64,000 nucleotides of DNA from a plasmid, in the sequence record CP088595.1; one strand, written 5' to 3'. The notes beneath the pieces are model-generated. The model saw only the letters and a program-made list of their open reading frames with translations, made no database searches and was not told where the DNA came from. This document shows positions 19,234 to 30,593 of the stretch, one piece after another. Numbering within the stretch: position 1 is the first letter of the stretch; the number at the start of each line of letters is the position of its first letter. The translations under genes were made by a program, and so were the position numbers.

Positions 19234-19823
19234 AAAATAATAACGTACCATTATATCTATGGTTGCTTTGGTGTACGCTTTGTCTGTACATCACTACCCC
19301 ATGGCAATACTTACGTTATCCATACACTGACAACTTATCATTGCCTTATATGTTATATTTCTGTGTGGTGGTTGTGATTTGCATTTTCCCACTACTTTTC
19401 AGATGTGTACTTCTTATTGTAAGGTCTGCATCTAAATACGACTTCACATTCTTTGTGAAGAAGAAAAAGGGAAGCAAGAAATCAACTATACATCTTAGCC
19501 CCTATGCTGACACACGTTGCCCGAAGTCAATGAGGAAACACTGGGATGTATTGCTTTCTCTGATATCAAAAGCAATTAATAATGATGAAATCATTGTCAT
19601 GCATTCACATCTCTTTACTCCAGCAAGAATAAATAAACTTATAAAGAGACTGGAATCTTATGATTTGAGTTTTTCAGTTATTACATACCCACGGAAAACA
19701 AGTCTGTACGAAAAATTATCAATTCCTTTTATATATCTCTTATTTCAGTGGTCTTTCCCGCATTTGCATTCGGACGGAATGACAGTCGTCATTCGTCCTC
19801 TCCAGCCGCCTCACACCAATTAA
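19230..19823 (+). CDS. pilK: PilK (197 aa), membrane protein
   Basis: Assigned by position between pilJ and pilL. The N-terminus is hydrophobic. Confidence 0.5.
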   Translation: MKNNNVPLYLWLLWCTLCLYITTPWQYLRYPYTDNLSLPYMLYFCVVVVICIFPLLFRCVLLIVRSASKYDFTFFVKKKKGSKKSTIHLSPYADTRCPKSMRKHWDVLLSLISKAINNDEIIVMHSHLFTPARINKLIKRLESYDLSFSVITYPRKTSLYEKLSIPFIYLLFQWSFPHLHSDGMTVVIRPLQPPHTN

Positions 19824-19856
19824 CAAACACGTATATACGAACACGGAGTCTCCGTT

Positions 19857-20924
19857 ATGAAAAAAAACTGTCTGACACTTATACTGCCGTCATTATTGTC
19901 CGGCTGTGCCGGAATTTCCGGCAGCAATAACGTGGCACCATCAGATACGCCTGCTCTGGTTTTTGTTGACGGACAAATCAGTGAAAGTGCTGGCGTTCTG
20001 GCACTTACGCAACAACGTCTTTCTCCACCTAAAATAACTCCCCCCCCGAGAGTCAGCGTGCCAGAGACAGTAAAAACAGCACAGCCTGTTAGCGAATCCC
20101 GACCGTTACCTTCACCAACAATAAGTCAGAATTTCTCCCGGTTAATCATTACAGGCAAGCCTGGTAGCGCCCCTGTAACACTATCGCCGACGGCCCGTAA
20201 CCGGACCGTCAGTCAGTGGATAAAAACATTACTACCGGAAGGATGGAAATTCAGACAAGAGAATGCAGCCACGCCCAAGCTGAATACCAAACTGGTTTCA
20301 TGGTCTGCCAATGATCAGTGGACCCGTTCTCTGAACCGGTTGCTGGAAGAACAACACCTATGGGGCCATCTGGACTGGGATAATAAAACGTTGACCGTCA
20401 CAACATCAGCTGCTGCACCGGCACAGGACACGGCAACCACTATCTCGCCAGCAGCCATGGTAACCACATCCACTTCCCCTGAATCTCCAACAACAGCAAA
20501 TAGCCAGAACAAACCACGAAATCCATTCAGAGGAAACAGCGTATCTTCGTCAACCCCCGCCGCCACCCCAACTCCAACCGGCTCCACAGTCAAGTCTATC
20601 CCGCTCATGACCGGGACGCCTGTCAAACCGGTATCTCAGGGTAAAGAGTGGCGTGCGCCGGCAGGCACCACATTAAGAGAGAACATTATTAAGTGGGCAG
20701 AAGAAACAAAATGCGAAAGCATGGCATCAACGCACTGGATGGTCATATGGCCACTTTCTGTAACCGATTACCGTCTGGATGCGCCTTTAATGTTCCGGGG
20801 ATCATTTGAATCAGCCATGGAGCAGGTATTTGAGTTATATCGGACTGCGCAAAAACCTTTATACGCACAGGCTTCTCGCATGCAGTGCATCATTACAGTT
20901 TCTGATACAAGGGATGGTCGCTAA
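19857..20924 (+). CDS. pilL: PilL, Pro/Thr-rich lipoprotein (355 aa)
   Basis: Lipobox LLSGCAG and a Pro/Thr/Ser-rich linker. Size and position match R64 PilL. Confidence 0.75.
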   Translation: MKKNCLTLILPSLLSGCAGISGSNNVAPSDTPALVFVDGQISESAGVLALTQQRLSPPKITPPPRVSVPETVKTAQPVSESRPLPSPTISQNFSRLIITGKPGSAPVTLSPTARNRTVSQWIKTLLPEGWKFRQENAATPKLNTKLVSWSANDQWTRSLNRLLEEQHLWGHLDWDNKTLTVTTSAAAPAQDTATTISPAAMVTTSTSPESPTTANSQNKPRNPFRGNSVSSSTPAATPTPTGSTVKSIPLMTGTPVKPVSQGKEWRAPAGTTLRENIIKWAEETKCESMASTHWMVIWPLSVTDYRLDAPLMFRGSFESAMEQVFELYRTAQKPLYAQASRMQCIITVSDTRDGR

Positions 20925-21361
20925 TGGGATGGCTGGTCATGGCCGTCGGCCTGACCATTCTGATTATCACTGGTAGCTACCAGAATCAGAAGATGTCTGA
21001 AACCACAAACGCCCAGCAATATGCAAGTGCGTCTGTATGGGCAAGTCAGATACTAATGATTGCTAACAGAATCAATGATATCAGATACGTATCAGGCCAG
21101 CAGGACGGAGTAATTTCCTCAGATAAACTGGCTCTCCCTGTCACTCCGGACTCCCGAATTAAACATCAGTTACAACAGGGGCGTCTGTGGGTATGGATGC
21201 CTGAACAACCAGGACTTGTTGAAACTTTGCGTTCAAAAAGTCGTGGTTCTGCACTAATAGGGATCTTCCAAAACGGGCAACTCACCTGGCTATCAGGAAC
21301 TGCAACCGGTCTGACACCCCCGGCAGGCATTACTGCTGGTTCTGTCGTCTACGTTAACTAA
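20924..21361 (+). CDS. pilM: PilM (145 aa)
   Basis: ATGA-overlap coupling with pilL. N-terminal TM helix. Size matches R64 PilM. Confidence 0.65.
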   Translation: MGWLVMAVGLTILIITGSYQNQKMSETTNAQQYASASVWASQILMIANRINDIRYVSGQQDGVISSDKLALPVTPDSRIKHQLQQGRLWVWMPEQPGLVETLRSKSRGSALIGIFQNGQLTWLSGTATGLTPPAGITAGSVVYVN

Positions 21362-21374
21362 TCTGGATATATTC

Positions 21375-23057
21375 ATGAAAAAATCACACCAGCGTTCAAT
21401 GAAGCTGGCGGTGCTCCCCTGCATGATCGCCGTCGCTCTTTCCATCTCCGGATGTACTTTCAGCGAAATCAACAAAATGCAGAAAAAAGCACAGGAAGAC
21501 TCAGCACATGCACGGGAAAAGGTATCAGCCCTTTCGGCCCGTAAATCGCAGGCTCTCACCTGGCTCGATAATCAATGGATAAACCCTGTTCCGGTCGCTC
21601 AGGTATCAAGAGAGAAAAAACAAACAGCTCCGGCCTGCTACATCACGCAGGCAAGAAAAGGAGAGATCACTCTGCAGGAACTGGGGCAACGTATTACTGC
21701 CGTATGCGGCATCCCTGTAATCATCACGCCTGACGCAGCCAATTCAACTCTTGAAGGAGGCGCTACCCGCCAGATGACAGGAACACTACCAGCACCAGAT
21801 GAAAATGGACGTCTACCGTTAAGCAGCCTGGGCAGCACAACAATGACTACCTCCACTCAGCCATTAACGCTGAATAACCTCATGTGGCAGGGAGATATCA
21901 ATGGTCTTCTGGATCTGATGGCCAGCCGGAGTGGTCTGTACTGGCGCATGGATAATGGTCGGATTGTATTCTATCTGACTGAAACCAGAACGTATCCACT
22001 TCATATGCTGAACACCAAAACCAGCAGCAGTTCCAGTGTCAGCTCTGGCTCAACAAGCACAATGGGGGCAACAGGAGGCCAGGATAACTCAGCATCCGGT
22101 GATGCAACGTCCTCTCAGAGCACAACCGTTGGTCAGGAATACGATCTGTATGAAGACATCCGGAAAACTATTGAAGCAATGCTGACACCAGAAAAAGGCC
22201 GTTACTGGTTATCTGCATCGAGCTCAACGCTAACAGTCACTGATACTCCTGCTGTCCAGGAAGCCGTCGCACGATATGTGGACGAACAAAACAGTATTAT
22301 GAACCGCCAGGTAGCCCTGAACGTACAGGTTCTGAGCGTCAGCAATACCAGAAACGAGCAGTTCGGTCTGGACTGGAACCTTGTTTACAAATCGCTACAT
22401 TCCGCCGGAGCAACGTTGAACAATGCAAGCGGAGATTTTACAGGCGCTACATCTGCAGGCGTATCAATTCTGGATACGGCAACAGGGAATGCCGCCAAAT
22501 TCAGCGGTTCCAGCCTTCTGATTAAAGCACTGAGTGAACAAGGCGATGTCAGCGTTGTAACTTCACAAGAAAGCACTGTCACAAACCTGACGCCGGTACC
22601 TATCCAGATGGCAGATCAGACAGTTTACGTCGCCCAGTCAGCAACAACTACGACTACGGATGTAGGAGCAACAACAACATTAACACCGGGCATGATCACC
22701 ACTGGATTCAATATGACCCTACTGCCTTTAATTCAGAAAACAGGCAATCTCCAGTTGCAGATGAACTTTAATCTGTCTGATCCCCCAACTATCCGTAGCT
22801 TTACGTCAAAAGACGGAAACAGTTACATCGAAATGCCATATACCAAACTGCGTTCACTGAGCCAGAAGGTCAATCTGAAAGAAGGGCAATCACTTGTCGT
22901 TACTGGTTTCGATCAGAACAATACGACGACAAGTAAAGCCGGTACGTTTACGCCAGCAAATCCATTATTTGGTGGTTCACAAACCGGGAAAAATGAACGC
23001 AGCACGCTTGTGATCATCATTACCCCGACTTTCCCGTCAGGAGGCAATAATGGCTGA
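21375..23057 (+). CDS. pilN: PilN, secretin-family outer-membrane lipoprotein (560 aa)
   Basis: Lipobox ISGCTF. Ser/Thr-rich middle and a C-terminal secretin-like region. 560 aa as in R64 PilN. Confidence 0.8.
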   Translation: MKKSHQRSMKLAVLPCMIAVALSISGCTFSEINKMQKKAQEDSAHAREKVSALSARKSQALTWLDNQWINPVPVAQVSREKKQTAPACYITQARKGEITLQELGQRITAVCGIPVIITPDAANSTLEGGATRQMTGTLPAPDENGRLPLSSLGSTTMTTSTQPLTLNNLMWQGDINGLLDLMASRSGLYWRMDNGRIVFYLTETRTYPLHMLNTKTSSSSSVSSGSTSTMGATGGQDNSASGDATSSQSTTVGQEYDLYEDIRKTIEAMLTPEKGRYWLSASSSTLTVTDTPAVQEAVARYVDEQNSIMNRQVALNVQVLSVSNTRNEQFGLDWNLVYKSLHSAGATLNNASGDFTGATSAGVSILDTATGNAAKFSGSSLLIKALSEQGDVSVVTSQESTVTNLTPVPIQMADQTVYVAQSATTTTTDVGATTTLTPGMITTGFNMTLLPLIQKTGNLQLQMNFNLSDPPTIRSFTSKDGNSYIEMPYTKLRSLSQKVNLKEGQSLVVTGFDQNNTTTSKAGTFTPANPLFGGSQTGKNERSTLVIIITPTFPSGGNNG

Positions 23058-24345
23058 TGAAGATATCAACCCGGTAGTGCTTCTCGAAGATCCTAAAGTA
23101 AATCATCGCGTGTGGGCTGCCTGTCTTAAATGGACTCCTGTCGTAAAAAAACAGCGCGTCCCCTCACATCATAAACACAAGTCTCATGTAAAACCCAGAC
23201 GGCTTACCTCCCTGAAAGTGACTGTAGGCAGCAGAAATTCCCGTGGAAAGATCAGCCGCCTTACCGGCACAGGAATACTGACCAGGCCAGAACGCAATCA
23301 TTATTTTTCCCTGGCACTGGCTTTCTGCTCATGGGTCAGAAATGGATACGGTGTCTTCCGGTACAGCGATAAGGAGCTCTTATTCCTTGCTTCCATTAAT
23401 GGCCAGCCTGCCGTTATGGCTGACTTATCAGGAAATGATGCCGACGTTGCCCAAAAGGTCAGCCTTTTTCTGGCGATGAACGAAGAGCCCCCCGAAAAAT
23501 GGCAGGTTGTATCGTCTCTGGAACATCCTGATAACTGGGAAAGTATTATTACCCAGTTATCATCAGCAGACCTCCGCCGTTGCAAACTTACTGTCGGCAA
23601 TCGCAGCAAATTCACACTGCCTGCCGTACTGTTTTTAGTAGCAGCCGGCGCAGGCACTGTATTCTGGATGACTCAGCCAGAGCCGGATGTCGTACCGACG
23701 CCCGAGGAGATAGCTGCTCGGGCAAGATTGCAGTTTAAAAAGCCCGATCCACCGCCAGAACTCCCGCATCCATGGGCATCACAACCTGTAATCAGTGATT
23801 TTCTGAAAGCCTGCGCGGACCTTCGAAAACCGTCACCGGTCGCACTGGAAGGCTGGAAACTTACCGGCGGAACATGTACTCCTGAGACATTCACACTGAT
23901 TTACGAACGACAGCCTGGAGGAACCATTGAGGGTTTTCTGGCAAGAAGTAAAGAAATCTTTGGTGTTATTCCTGACTTTAACCTTAAAGATGGTGCACGC
24001 CAGGTTTCTGTAACCCGTCCACTGCCGTCCCTGCCCGACAGGGATGAGGCTGTCCCGGCCCCCTCAGAACAACTGATGCGGGTGTTCACGTGGTTTCAGA
24101 AAAAACAGTTAACACCGGCCATTAATGAAATAGCCATACCGGAGCCATTACCAGGCAACGATGGTGAACCAGCCCCTGTTCAGAAATGGAAAGAATATCA
24201 GTTCAGTTTATCAACTCCTGTAAATCCTGATGAGTTTTTCCCTTTACTTCAGGATACCGGCGTCCGTCTGAGCAATATCCATTTTGAATTAAACGGCGGT
24301 ACTTTCAGTTATTCCTCAGAAGGTCATATATATGCGTCCAAGTAA
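23050..24345 (+). CDS. pilO: PilO (431 aa)
   Basis: Position and size match R64 PilO. Internal TM segment. Confidence 0.65.
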   Translation: MADEDINPVVLLEDPKVNHRVWAACLKWTPVVKKQRVPSHHKHKSHVKPRRLTSLKVTVGSRNSRGKISRLTGTGILTRPERNHYFSLALAFCSWVRNGYGVFRYSDKELLFLASINGQPAVMADLSGNDADVAQKVSLFLAMNEEPPEKWQVVSSLEHPDNWESIITQLSSADLRRCKLTVGNRSKFTLPAVLFLVAAGAGTVFWMTQPEPDVVPTPEEIAARARLQFKKPDPPPELPHPWASQPVISDFLKACADLRKPSPVALEGWKLTGGTCTPETFTLIYERQPGGTIEGFLARSKEIFGVIPDFNLKDGARQVSVTRPLPSLPDRDEAVPAPSEQLMRVFTWFQKKQLTPAINEIAIPEPLPGNDGEPAPVQKWKEYQFSLSTPVNPDEFFPLLQDTGVRLSNIHFELNGGTFSYSSEGHIYASK

Positions 24346-24784
24346 ATTACTCATTATTCCTTCCATATTTTTCTTCTCTGGTTTTTCATTTGCCACAACA
24401 CAACCTCTTGTCACAATAGGAGAACTTGAAGCACAACAAAACCGGAATATTCTTTTACAGGCAAAAGTTCAGGGTGCACAGTTACAGAAACAACTTGAAG
24501 AATCAGATGTTACTTCATCATTTGAAACTGTTTCAGGTTTCTCTGGTGTGACCGCCCCCTTGCCATCAGTTTCAGAGCAAACGGCACCGAAAAACAGAAA
24601 AGAATTGCCCATCATTATGGAAATAAACGGCAAAGATAAACGTCTTCATGCCGTTCTTCGCATGGCTGATGGACGTCAGACAAGCGTCACCACTGGCAGC
24701 CAGCTTCCAGGTACATCCGTCACGGTGAAGTCGATCTCATTGTCTGGCGTCACGTTAAGTGATGGCACTACCCTTACTTTCTGA
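24332..24784 (+). CDS. pilP: PilP (150 aa), signal-peptide protein
   Basis: N-terminal signal sequence. Assigned by position. Confidence 0.6.
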   Translation: MRPSKLLIIPSIFFFSGFSFATTQPLVTIGELEAQQNRNILLQAKVQGAQLQKQLEESDVTSSFETVSGFSGVTAPLPSVSEQTAPKNRKELPIIMEINGKDKRLHAVLRMADGRQTSVTTGSQLPGTSVTVKSISLSGVTLSDGTTLTF

Positions 24785-24794
24785 GTAACGTGAT

Positions 24795-26348
24795 ATGGAT
24801 AAATATAATCTGAAGGATGCTCTCCTTTTTATATCCCGGGGAGACACCCATGAAATTCTTATAGAAACAAACCAGCGGACAAGGCCTGACGTACAAAGTA
24901 ATCTCCAGGAACTGCTAAAATTATATCCGGGTATCAACCCAAAAGTAGTCTCGTTGTCGGAGTTACAGGAAGCAGGTCAGGATGAAAAAAACAGAGGCCC
25001 GAAAGAACGAATTATTCATCTGAAAGATCTTGCTGATGTCAGTGAAAGTGAGAAGAAAGTTCTATCTTATTTTGAAACGGCCAGAAAACTTGGTGCTTCA
25101 GATATTCATTTTTTAATTTCTGAGTCTATTTTCAAAGTTCGCATGAGAATATTCGGTGAACTGCAGACTGTAGATGAAGATCAACCAGCACTGGGCTATT
25201 CACTTTGCGCAACAGCCATTCTGTCAATGGCTGATGTCACTGAAACCAGTTTCTTCCCTCAAAGGGAACAGGATGCGCGCCTGTCCCCACAATTAATGCG
25301 AAAAATAGGAATATTTGGTGCACGCTACAGTCACAGACCTACGGGAGACGGTCTGATTGCAGTTATGCGCCTGATACCCGATGACGGAGATAAAGTTCCC
25401 ACGTTTAAACAACTGGGCTTTATCCCGGAACAAATCCGGTTGCTGAACATAATGCTGCGCCGCCCGGAAGGAAAAATAGTCCTGTCAGGTCCAACCGGTT
25501 CCGGTAAATCGACAACGTTACGCAGCGCCTGCCGTGTATATCTTGACGATAATCAGGGGCGACACCTGCTAACAATCGAAGATCCGCTGGAAGGACAGAT
25601 ACTGGGAGCAACACAGACTCCGATTATCTGCGACAAATCCGACGAAGATGCCGTCAAACTGGCATGGAGTCGGGCTATTTCATCGGCAATGCGACTTGAC
25701 CCTGATGCCATCATGGAAGGGGAAATGCGCGATCTTATCTCGATGATGTCAACCACCTACGCGGCACAGACCGGGCACATAGTTCTGACGACATTACATA
25801 CAAACTCAGCTCTGGGTATACCGGAGCGAATGATTACGATGGGTATGAATGCCGATCTTATTTGCGATGCGCAATTACTGATTGGGATGATCAGCCAGCG
25901 CCTTGTACCAACTCTGTGTCCCTCCTGCCGTATTCCATGGGAAACGCGAGCACCTGAACTTAGAGACGACGAGCGTGATTACCTTGAGCGGCACTGCAAT
26001 AAAGATTCACTCTGCAGTACAGATAATATCTGGTTCCGAAATCCTCACGGATGCTCTGAATGTAATCACGACGTAATCATTAACGGCAGAAAGCGCGGTG
26101 AAATAGGTAAAGGCCTCACCGGCAGGACTGTAATTGCTGAGGTGATAGAACCTGATAACCGCTTATTTCAGATTCTGAAAACACGCGGCAAAGTTGCAGC
26201 ACGTAAATACTGGCTGGAAAACATGAAAGGCATCAGTCGTGTAGAGCATCTTCTTCGCCGTATCAATGAAGGTCTGGTAGACCCTCTTGAAGCCGACAGA
26301 ATCATCCCTCTGGACGAAGACGAGCGCCTCAGCATCGATGATGTCTAA
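24795..26348 (+). CDS. pilQ: PilQ, type II/IV secretion NTPase (GspE/PilB family), 517 aa
   Basis: Walker A GPTGSGKST, plus Asp/His boxes and a tetracysteine motif (CPSC...CSEC). 517 aa as in R64 PilQ. Confidence 0.85.
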   Translation: MDKYNLKDALLFISRGDTHEILIETNQRTRPDVQSNLQELLKLYPGINPKVVSLSELQEAGQDEKNRGPKERIIHLKDLADVSESEKKVLSYFETARKLGASDIHFLISESIFKVRMRIFGELQTVDEDQPALGYSLCATAILSMADVTETSFFPQREQDARLSPQLMRKIGIFGARYSHRPTGDGLIAVMRLIPDDGDKVPTFKQLGFIPEQIRLLNIMLRRPEGKIVLSGPTGSGKSTTLRSACRVYLDDNQGRHLLTIEDPLEGQILGATQTPIICDKSDEDAVKLAWSRAISSAMRLDPDAIMEGEMRDLISMMSTTYAAQTGHIVLTTLHTNSALGIPERMITMGMNADLICDAQLLIGMISQRLVPTLCPSCRIPWETRAPELRDDERDYLERHCNKDSLCSTDNIWFRNPHGCSECNHDVIINGRKRGEIGKGLTGRTVIAEVIEPDNRLFQILKTRGKVAARKYWLENMKGISRVEHLLRRINEGLVDPLEADRIIPLDEDERLSIDDV

Positions 26349-26360
26349 CAGGAGAACAAC

Positions 26361-27458
26361 ATGCGTGAAATGAATTTCAGTCAACGGCTGAGGCGTTTCA
26401 TTGTCAGAAAAACGTTCAGCGCCCCCTACAGGGTGCAGTTTTACGAAGCCCTGCGTTTTCTGCTGGAAAATAAACAGCCATTAAAGACCGCACTGGAACA
26501 GATGCGGGATGCCTGGACAGACTTTGGACGAAAATGGCATCCCTTTGCTGAACTGGCCACAGACTGCATTGAGTCTCTTCGTGAAAACAGTGGCGAAAAC
26601 TCTCTGGAATATACTCTTAGTTTATGGGTTCCTCAGGAAGAGGCCGCAGTAATCAGCGCCGGGATAAGAAGTGGTTCAATTGTGGATGCACTGCAATTCG
26701 CCACCACTCTTACAGATGCAAAAGAACAAATCCATCAGGCTATATGGCAAATGGCTATTTATCCGGTGGGATTGTTAATCATGATGACGGGGACATTATA
26801 TGTTCTGAATACACAGCTAATACCTGAACTGAGCAAAATAAGCTCCCCCGATTCATGGAGTGGTGCTCTTGGTTTTCTTTATGGATTATCTGTTTTTGTC
26901 GATAATTACGGCGCTATATGTGCCGTTCTTTTTGCAGTGATCACAGGTTTAATATCATGGTCTCTGCCAAACTGGAAAAGCCCTGACAGTGTTCGTACTT
27001 TTGCCGACAAGATAATGCCATGGAGTATTTATCAGGATATACAGGGAGCAACATTTCTCCTGAATATGGCTGCACTTCTGAAAGCCAAAATGACGACGCT
27101 CAACTCACTAAACATTCTTCAGGAGTTTGCATCACCATGGTTAAGCACACGTCTTGACAGCATTATTTACCGCGTCCGCCAGGGGGATCATCTTGGACTG
27201 GCTTTGCGTCAGTGCGGTTATCAGTTCCCATCCAGGGAAGCAGCCAACTTCCTGTCTTTATTACAGGGAGATGGCGCAACAGAGCTAATCAGCAATTATG
27301 GTCAACGATGGCTTAGTCAAACACTTCAACGTGTAAAGAAACGGGCAAACGTGATTCGTTTAATTATGCTGATATTTCTTGTCATGTCTCTCATGTTACT
27401 GGTTTTTGCCATTATGGATATTCAGTCTATTAGTGACAACAGCATGGGTAACTTTTAA
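26361..27458 (+). CDS. pilR: PilR, GspF/PilC-family inner-membrane platform protein (365 aa)
   Basis: Polytopic membrane protein following the ATPase, 365 aa. Confidence 0.75.
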   Translation: MREMNFSQRLRRFIVRKTFSAPYRVQFYEALRFLLENKQPLKTALEQMRDAWTDFGRKWHPFAELATDCIESLRENSGENSLEYTLSLWVPQEEAAVISAGIRSGSIVDALQFATTLTDAKEQIHQAIWQMAIYPVGLLIMMTGTLYVLNTQLIPELSKISSPDSWSGALGFLYGLSVFVDNYGAICAVLFAVITGLISWSLPNWKSPDSVRTFADKIMPWSIYQDIQGATFLLNMAALLKAKMTTLNSLNILQEFASPWLSTRLDSIIYRVRQGDHLGLALRQCGYQFPSREAANFLSLLQGDGATELISNYGQRWLSQTLQRVKKRANVIRLIMLIFLVMSLMLLVFAIMDIQSISDNSMGNF

Positions 27459-27475
27459 ACAAAACGAGGATATTT

Positions 27476-28090
27476 ATGTTAGTAGAAAATATTAATGCCA
27501 CTTTAACTGGAAATAATAAGAAGAATGAGCCTCATGATAAAGGATGGGGAATTTTGGAGCAGGGAACAATAGCGCTCGTTGTTCTTTTTGTTATAGTCGT
27601 TGTTCTGGGTAGTTTGTATGCGTTACGTACAAGAACCAATGTGGCAACTGAAACCGCAAATATACAAACAATTATCACAAGTGCCCAGAGCCTGCTAAAA
27701 GGTAGCGATGGATATACATTTACCAGCAGTGCCAAAATGACAGGTGCCCTCATTCAGATGGGGGCCGTTCCCTCTGGGATGACAGTACAGGGCGACAAAA
27801 CATCTGGTACAGCAACGCTCTATAACGCATGGGGCGGTGCTGTAACTGTTGCCCCGGCTTCAACATCAGGGTTCAACAACGGTTTTACCGTTACCTATGA
27901 TAAAGTCCCACAGGATGCCTGTATCCAGATTGCCACACGGATCAGTAAAACTGGTTTAACTAACGGCATTACCCTGAACAGTACTGCTCACAGTGATGGA
28001 AAAGTCACTACTGAAGAAGCCAGTACGCAATGCAAGGCAGATAATGGCAGCACTGGTACAAACAAACTTATCTTCACCATCAATGGTTAA
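27476..28090 (+). CDS. pilS: PilS, type IVb prepilin (major thin-pilus subunit), 204 aa
   Basis: Long leader with the cleavage motif KGWGILEQGTIALVVLFVIVVV (G|W...E5) followed by a hydrophobic helix. Confidence 0.8.
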   Translation: MLVENINATLTGNNKKNEPHDKGWGILEQGTIALVVLFVIVVVLGSLYALRTRTNVATETANIQTIITSAQSLLKGSDGYTFTSSAKMTGALIQMGAVPSGMTVQGDKTSGTATLYNAWGGAVTVAPASTSGFNNGFTVTYDKVPQDACIQIATRISKTGLTNGITLNSTAHSDGKVTTEEASTQCKADNGSTGTNKLIFTING

Positions 28091-28099
28091 GGAGTTTTA

Positions 28100-28660
28100 A
28101 TGTCAGGGGGTACAGTACCCCTCAGACTTATTTCATTAATCCTGCTTTTTTCTCTTATTCCACCCGCCCGAGCTTCATACGTAGCCCCCAAACAGATCTG
28201 GACCAACAAGTGGGACAATTGCTTTGCCGCTGCCGGCGCGCGCTATCAAATTGAACCATTATTATTGAAGGCTATTTCTGCCGGGGAATCTTCGTTGAGG
28301 CCGGGCGCAATTAATATAAATAAGGACAAAAAAACAGGTAAAGCCAGTAGCACGGATTATGGGTTGATGCAAATAAACTCAACCCATATTCCAAAGCTGA
28401 TAAATATGGGCGTAATAAAAAAGTCTGAGGATTTAATCACCAAACCATGCCTTAATATCCATATAGGAAGCTGGATACTGGCAAGACATTTTCAGATATG
28501 TGGCGTCAGCTGGAATTGCCTTGGGTCATACAATGCCGGATTCCGTAAGGACAGACATGAAACAAGAGAGCAATATGCCAATAAAATATGGAGAATTTAT
28601 CGTGACATGAAAGGGATATGTCTTCCCGGACAGGGAGGCAGGCAATGCAGACAATCGTAG
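28100..28660 (+). CDS. pilT: PilT, lytic transglycosylase (SLT domain), 186 aa
   Basis: Signal peptide. SLT motifs ISAGESSL ... DYGLMQINS ... Y. Confidence 0.7.
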   Translation: MSGGTVPLRLISLILLFSLIPPARASYVAPKQIWTNKWDNCFAAAGARYQIEPLLLKAISAGESSLRPGAININKDKKTGKASSTDYGLMQINSTHIPKLINMGVIKKSEDLITKPCLNIHIGSWILARHFQICGVSWNCLGSYNAGFRKDRHETREQYANKIWRIYRDMKGICLPGQGGRQCRQS

Positions 28661-29301
28661 GCATAAGTCTATCCCCTGTTTATATACTGCCATTGATGTT
28701 CACATTTTCCATTATTGGACGAACTCTGCTATTCAGAGTTCGTTATTTTTTATCTGATACGGGACATCTCTGGTATAAGACACACCCTGCTGTTCTGTCA
28801 GGAATATGGCTATACAGTATAGCTGTGGCGTTAATTATTTTATCATCATCACCACTGCTCTACCGTATTCATGCTGTCCTTATTCTTTCGTTCATACTGC
28901 AAATGGCGGTAACGGATGCACTGACAGGTTTATTACCAGGAACATTCACCCGGCGTTTTTTAATTGCAGGAATGCTATCACAAATCACGACTGATATATG
29001 GTGGTTCCGTACAACAGAATTTGCCACTGCTGCAATTGTCTTATTCTGCCTTCATAAATTAGTTAACCGCCATCGTCTTAATATTGGCACTGGAGACCTG
29101 TGGCTTATTGCAGGTATTACCGCATGGTCAGGGTTATATAACGCCATATGGTGTGTGTTGCTGGGCACAGGAGGATTTGTCTTATGGCATTCAACATGGT
29201 GCATAAAAGGGCATAAAGAAGGCCCTCTGGGTCCATGGCTATGTTTTGGTCATGTCCTTTTGCTGCTGGATAATCTTTATCAACCACTATGGGTAATCTG
29301 A
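28645..29301 (+). CDS. pilU: PilU, prepilin peptidase (218 aa)
   Basis: ATG 28645 preceded by GGAGG gives 218 aa. Polytopic membrane protein. Its stop overlaps the pilV ATG (ATGA). Confidence 0.65.
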   Translation: MQTIVGISLSPVYILPLMFTFSIIGRTLLFRVRYFLSDTGHLWYKTHPAVLSGIWLYSIAVALIILSSSPLLYRIHAVLILSFILQMAVTDALTGLLPGTFTRRFLIAGMLSQITTDIWWFRTTEFATAAIVLFCLHKLVNRHRLNIGTGDLWLIAGITAWSGLYNAIWCVLLGTGGFVLWHSTWCIKGHKEGPLGPWLCFGHVLLLLDNLYQPLWVI

Positions 29302-30593
29302 TGAAAAAATATGACCGAGGCTGGGCATCGCTGGAAACTGGCGCGGCTTTACTGATTGTTATGCTCCTGATTGCCTGGGGAGCGGGCATATGGCAGGACT
29401 ATATTCAAACAAAAGGATGGCAAACTGAAGCACGTCTTGTCAGCAACTGGACCAGTGCGGCCCGCTCTTATATAGGGAAAAACTACACGACTCTCCAGGG
29501 CAGTAGTACCACAACAACTCCTGCCGTTATCACGACAACCATGCTGAAAAATACCGGCTTTTTGTCCAGCGGGTTTACTGAGACAAACAGCGAGGGGCAG
29601 CGGTTACAGGCATATGTGGTTCGAAACGCCCAAAACCCGGAATTACTACAGGCAATGGTTGTATCCAGTGGTGGCACACCTTATCCAGTGAAAGCACTTA
29701 TCCAGATGGCTAAGGATATTACCACTGGTCTTGGTGGATATATCCAGGACGGCAAAACAGCCACAGGTGCATTACGTTCCTGGTCAGTAGCTTTAAGTAA
29801 TTATGGTGCCAAAAGCGGTAACGGGCATATTGCCGTATTGTTATCGACAGATGAACTTAGTGGTGCAGCTGAGGACACTGATCGTCTTTACAGATTCCAG
29901 GTCAATGGTCGCCCTGACTTAAACAAAATGCACACGGCCATTGATATGGGATCAAATAACCTGAATAACGTTGGGGCAGTAAATGCCCAGACAGGTAATT
30001 TCAGCGGCAATGTGAATGGTGTAAATGGCACTTTCAGCGGTCAGGTAAAAGGCAATAGCGGAAACTTTGACGTAAATGTCACCGCTGGCGGTGATATCAG
30101 AAGTAATAATGGTTGGTTAATTACTCGTAACAGTAAAGGCTGGCTCAATGAAACTCACGGTGGCGGATTTTATATGTCCGATGGATCATGGGTTCGAAGT
30201 GTAAACAACAAGGGCATCTATACCGGCGGTCAGGTGAAAGGCGGTACTGTTCGGGCTGATGGTCGCCTTTATACTGGTGAATACTTACAACTGGAAAGAA
30301 CTGCCGTTGCTGGCGCATCATGTTCGCCTAACGGCCTTGTAGGCCGCGATAATACAGGGGCAATACTTTCGTGCCAATCCGGTACGTGGGGGACAATAGG
30401 TGGAAAACTCAAAGTTACTCAGCTTTCCACCACAGGTTATCTGGGGCAATTCGACTTCTGTGCCATTGCCAGAATGGGCAACGCAGAGGATGCCCACTAC
30501 TGCCAGGTAGTTGAGAGCCCAGCAGGTTCACGCAAATGGTACAAATACGAGCATAAGACAGGTTGTATTGCGTCGTGTGTAACGCTCAATTAA
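29301..30593 (+). CDS. pilV: PilV, thin-pilus tip adhesin with a shufflon-encoded variable C-terminus (currently an A-type C-terminus)
   Basis: Prepilin-like N-terminus [22 protein letters not shown]. The constant region ends at the first sfx repeat (…LSCQSGTWG), and the C-terminal 68 aa are encoded inside shufflon segment 1. Confidence 0.85.
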   Translation: MKKYDRGWASLETGAALLIVMLLIAWGAGIWQDYIQTKGWQTEARLVSNWTSAARSYIGKNYTTLQGSSTTTTPAVITTTMLKNTGFLSSGFTETNSEGQRLQAYVVRNAQNPELLQAMVVSSGGTPYPVKALIQMAKDITTGLGGYIQDGKTATGALRSWSVALSNYGAKSGNGHIAVLLSTDELSGAAEDTDRLYRFQVNGRPDLNKMHTAIDMGSNNLNNVGAVNAQTGNFSGNVNGVNGTFSGQVKGNSGNFDVNVTAGGDIRSNNGWLITRNSKGWLNETHGGGFYMSDGSWVRSVNNKGIYTGGQVKGGTVRADGRLYTGEYLQLERTAVAGASCSPNGLVGRDNTGAILSCQSGTWGTIGGKLKVTQLSTTGYLGQFDFCAIARMGNAEDAHYCQVVESPAGSRKWYKYEHKTGCIASCVTLN